From the NCBI GenBank assembly GCA_031263095.1, contig JAISGI010000015.1, positions 12,328 to 76,327 on the forward strand: a stretch of 64,000 nt of DNA. The letters run 5' to 3'. A program made the translations under genes and the position numbers. Below the pieces are notes generated by a model. The model made no database searches and was not told the DNA's origin. It saw nothing but the letters and a program-made list of their open reading frames with translations. The DNA is from Rickettsiales bacterium. GTDB lineage: Bacteria > Pseudomonadota > Alphaproteobacteria > Rs-D84 > CACZYB01. Shown piece by piece: positions 61,786-64,000 of this stretch. The first letter of the stretch is position 1, and every line of letters begins with the position of its first letter.

Positions 61786-64000
61786 ATGTCCATAATAAAC
61801 TGGGCGCTCGCGCGCAAAAGGCTGTTTTTCTTTACCCTCTTCATGCTGGTGATAGTGGGTGTGCAAAGCTATCAAAAGATGCCCAAGGAGGCATTCCCCG
61901 ACATCAACATCCCGTTCATGATAGCGACCGTGACCCAGACGGGCATCTCGCCCGAGGATGGCGAGCGACTGATTGCCAAGCCGCTCGAGAAGGAGTTCAA
62001 GACCATCGAGGGCATGAAGAGCATGAATACCAAGTGCTACGAGGGCTACTGCAACGTTGTGCTCGAGTTCTTCGTCGGCCTCGATCCGGAACGCTCGCTG
62101 CGCCAGACCAAGGACGCGGTTGACAAGGCCAAGCCGTACCTGCCGATAGACGCGGACGAGCCTGTGATAACCGAGATAAACACCTCCGAATTCCCGATTG
62201 CGATAGTCAACGTCTATGGCGCCGCGCCGGAAAAGACGCTTGCCCGCGTCGCCGACCGGCTTCAGGATATATTCGAGGCTCTGCCGGGTGTCTTGGAGGC
62301 CGAGGTAGGTGGAAAACGCGAAGAGCAGGTCGAGATAGTTATACACCCGGGCCTGCTTGACAGCTATCGCCTATCGGTCTCCGGCATTTCGCAGTTCTTG
62401 GCCCAGACGAATATCCTTGTCCCCGCCGGCAATATCGAGACCCCGCGCGGCAGCTTTCCGATAAAGGTTCCGGGGCTGATAGAATCGGTCGAGGATGTCC
62501 TTACCTTGCCTATAAAATCCTCGGGCGATTCCGTGGTCAAGCTCTCCGACATAGCGGACGTAAGACGCAACTACAAGGACGCTGACGGGTACGTCAGGAT
62601 GAACGAGCGTCCCTCCCTATCTCTCGAGGTGAAGAAGCGCGTCGGCGCCAACACGATTGACACGGTCGAGGCCGTAAGGTACGTGATAAAACGCGCAGCT
62701 TCGATAATCCCCGACAACGTGGTCGTGACGCTTACGAACGACACTTCGAAAAGGATAAAGGACAACCTGATGGATCTGGGCAACAGCGTCATCTTCGCTA
62801 TGGTGCTGGTCATATTGTGCGTAGTCCTTATGCTTGGCGTTCGCGAGGGACTGCTGGTGGGCTTTTCGATACCACTGTCGTTCATATTGGGTATATGGAT
62901 ACTCTCGTTCGTTATAACAAGCATAAATATGATGGTTTTGTTCGGGCTTATACTCTCTGTTGGGCTACTTGTGGACGGAGCCATAGTCGTAACCGAATAC
63001 GCCGACCAAAAGCTTGCCGAGGGCGAGAATAGGGTCAATGCCTATTCCGAGGCAAGCCGCCGTATGGCGCTTGTCGTGATACTTTCGACTGTCACTACGC
63101 TTATGGCGTTCGCGCCGCTGATGTTTTGGCCCGGCACTATGGGCGAATTTATGCGCTTCCTGCCTATAACAGTCTCCTGCATCCTTGCCGCAAGCCTTCT
63201 GGTGGCGCTTGTCTTTCTGCCCATACTGGGCGCCATGTTCGGCTCGAAAAAGTCGGCAGAAGGGCCGGAGAAAGAGCAGATTTTGGCCGCCTCGTCCGGC
63301 GAGTACGGCAAGCTTACCGGCTATATGAAGGTGTATCACAACATACTTGATTGGGCCTTGAAGCGCCCCGGTAAAGTATTCGCCGGCGTTTGCGCCATGC
63401 TTGTGCTTTCGATTTTCCTATACGGCAGGCTTGGCGTGGGGGTCGAGCTTTTCCCCTCGACCGACCCCGATTTCATAAACATAAACGTTCGCGCGCGCGG
63501 CAACCTGTCGGTCGAGGAAAAGACCCGCTATGTAATCGACGTTGAAAAACGCGTCATAGACATGCCGTACTTCAAGAACGTGTATTCAAGAAGCGGCGCC
63601 CGCTCTCAGGACGCGGCCGAGGATGTGGTTGGATACGTCCAGGTCGAGCTTGACGATTGGGATGTGCGCCCCAAGGCCGATACCGTGGTAGCCGAGATGG
63701 AGCGTCGCCTCGACGACATCGAAGGTGTGCAGATAGAGGTTGTCAAGGAACGCAAGGGCCCGTCAAGCGGCAAGCCGATAGATATACAGATTTCCGCCCT
63801 CGGCGACGACCAGAAGCTCATAGATGATGGATACCGCTATATCATGGCCGCTATCGGCAAAATCGGCGGCTTCGCCAACGTCGAGGATACGACCAGCCTG
63901 CCGGGGATTCAGTGGGAGATGAGGATAAACAAGGCCCAGGCGGCCAAGCTTGGAGTCTCCATCGGCTCGATAGGCGGCATAGTCCAGATGATGACCCACG
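61786..64000 (+). CDS. RND efflux transporter permease (AcrB/CusA family), partial; runs off the right edge
   Basis: MSIINWALARKRLFFFTLFMLVIVGVQSYQKMPKEAFPDINIPFMIATVTQ... is a typical RND N-terminus. The frame stays open to the window end. Confidence 0.85.
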   Translation, partial: MSIINWALARKRLFFFTLFMLVIVGVQSYQKMPKEAFPDINIPFMIATVTQTGISPEDGERLIAKPLEKEFKTIEGMKSMNTKCYEGYCNVVLEFFVGLDPERSLRQTKDAVDKAKPYLPIDADEPVITEINTSEFPIAIVNVYGAAPEKTLARVADRLQDIFEALPGVLEAEVGGKREEQVEIVIHPGLLDSYRLSVSGISQFLAQTNILVPAGNIETPRGSFPIKVPGLIESVEDVLTLPIKSSGDSVVKLSDIADVRRNYKDADGYVRMNERPSLSLEVKKRVGANTIDTVEAVRYVIKRAASIIPDNVVVTLTNDTSKRIKDNLMDLGNSVIFAMVLVILCVVLMLGVREGLLVGFSIPLSFILGIWILSFVITSINMMVLFGLILSVGLLVDGAIVVTEYADQKLAEGENRVNAYSEASRRMALVVILSTVTTLMAFAPLMFWPGTMGEFMRFLPITVSCILAASLLVALVFLPILGAMFGSKKSAEGPEKEQILAASSGEYGKLTGYMKVYHNILDWALKRPGKVFAGVCAMLVLSIFLYGRLGVGVELFPSTDPDFININVRARGNLSVEEKTRYVIDVEKRVIDMPYFKNVYSRSGARSQDAAEDVVGYVQVELDDWDVRPKADTVVAEMERRLDDIEGVQIEVVKERKGPSSGKPIDIQISALGDDQKLIDDGYRYIMAAIGKIGGFANVEDTTSLPGIQWEMRINKAQAAKLGVSIGSIGGIVQMMTH

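Overview
This 64 kb chromosomal window is from a Gram-negative proteobacterium, about 58% GC. Gene content and the permease–lptD–surA layout suggest Alphaproteobacteria, but lineage cannot be proven from sequence alone. A conserved housekeeping backbone is present: nth (partial), dnaG, plsC, secB, a Tim44-like protein, parE, NUDIX, pgi, gyrB, a CYTH protein, family-II pyrophosphatase, cvpA, two LptF/G permeases, dksA, trxA, sufS plus a DUF59 SUF protein, xerD, fabG, fabD, serS, rho, tRNA-Ser(GCU), clpP, a SurA-like chaperone, lptD, nrdG, a split nrdD, miaB, pgsA, ruvA, an Omp25-like porin, and an RND efflux MFP with a partial pump.

Inserted into intergenic gaps all along this backbone is a previously unrecognised multicopy system: 16 paralogous cassettes encoding small secreted proteins (~150–190 aa precursor). 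These proteins share a cysteine-rich N-terminus (NYYTC-x-C-x-VPG-x-CQ-x-G), a hypervariable middle, and a conserved C-terminus (PGIT..D...AIYKLN).

Fifteen of the 16 copies carry an identical-length G9 homopolymer inside the signal-peptide coding region, directly after a conserved Shine-Dalgarno leader and their own sigma-70 promoter. At 9 G every copy is frameshifted (OFF). Six copies would switch ON at 10 G and nine at 8 G. One copy (38460..39020) has a normal signal peptide and no tract.

Associated non-coding modules are REP-like palindromes (CCTGTGG...CCACAGG), a recurrent CTAGAAATATTACAAT/T-rich motif, and in four cassettes a structured 3'UTR hairpin whose loop is complementary to the shared 5' leader.

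A 17th contingency tract (C9) fuses or unfuses an N-terminal extension onto a hexapeptide acetyltransferase.

Other notable items are a 947-aa secreted protein built from about 40 CPAG-x-YC cysteine repeats whose first repeat resembles the family N-terminus, three lipoproteins sharing a TbpB/fHbp-like C-terminal motif, an orphan VirB7/VirB8-like trio, and nrdD split from its glycyl-radical domain.

No CRISPR array, transposase or integrase was seen.
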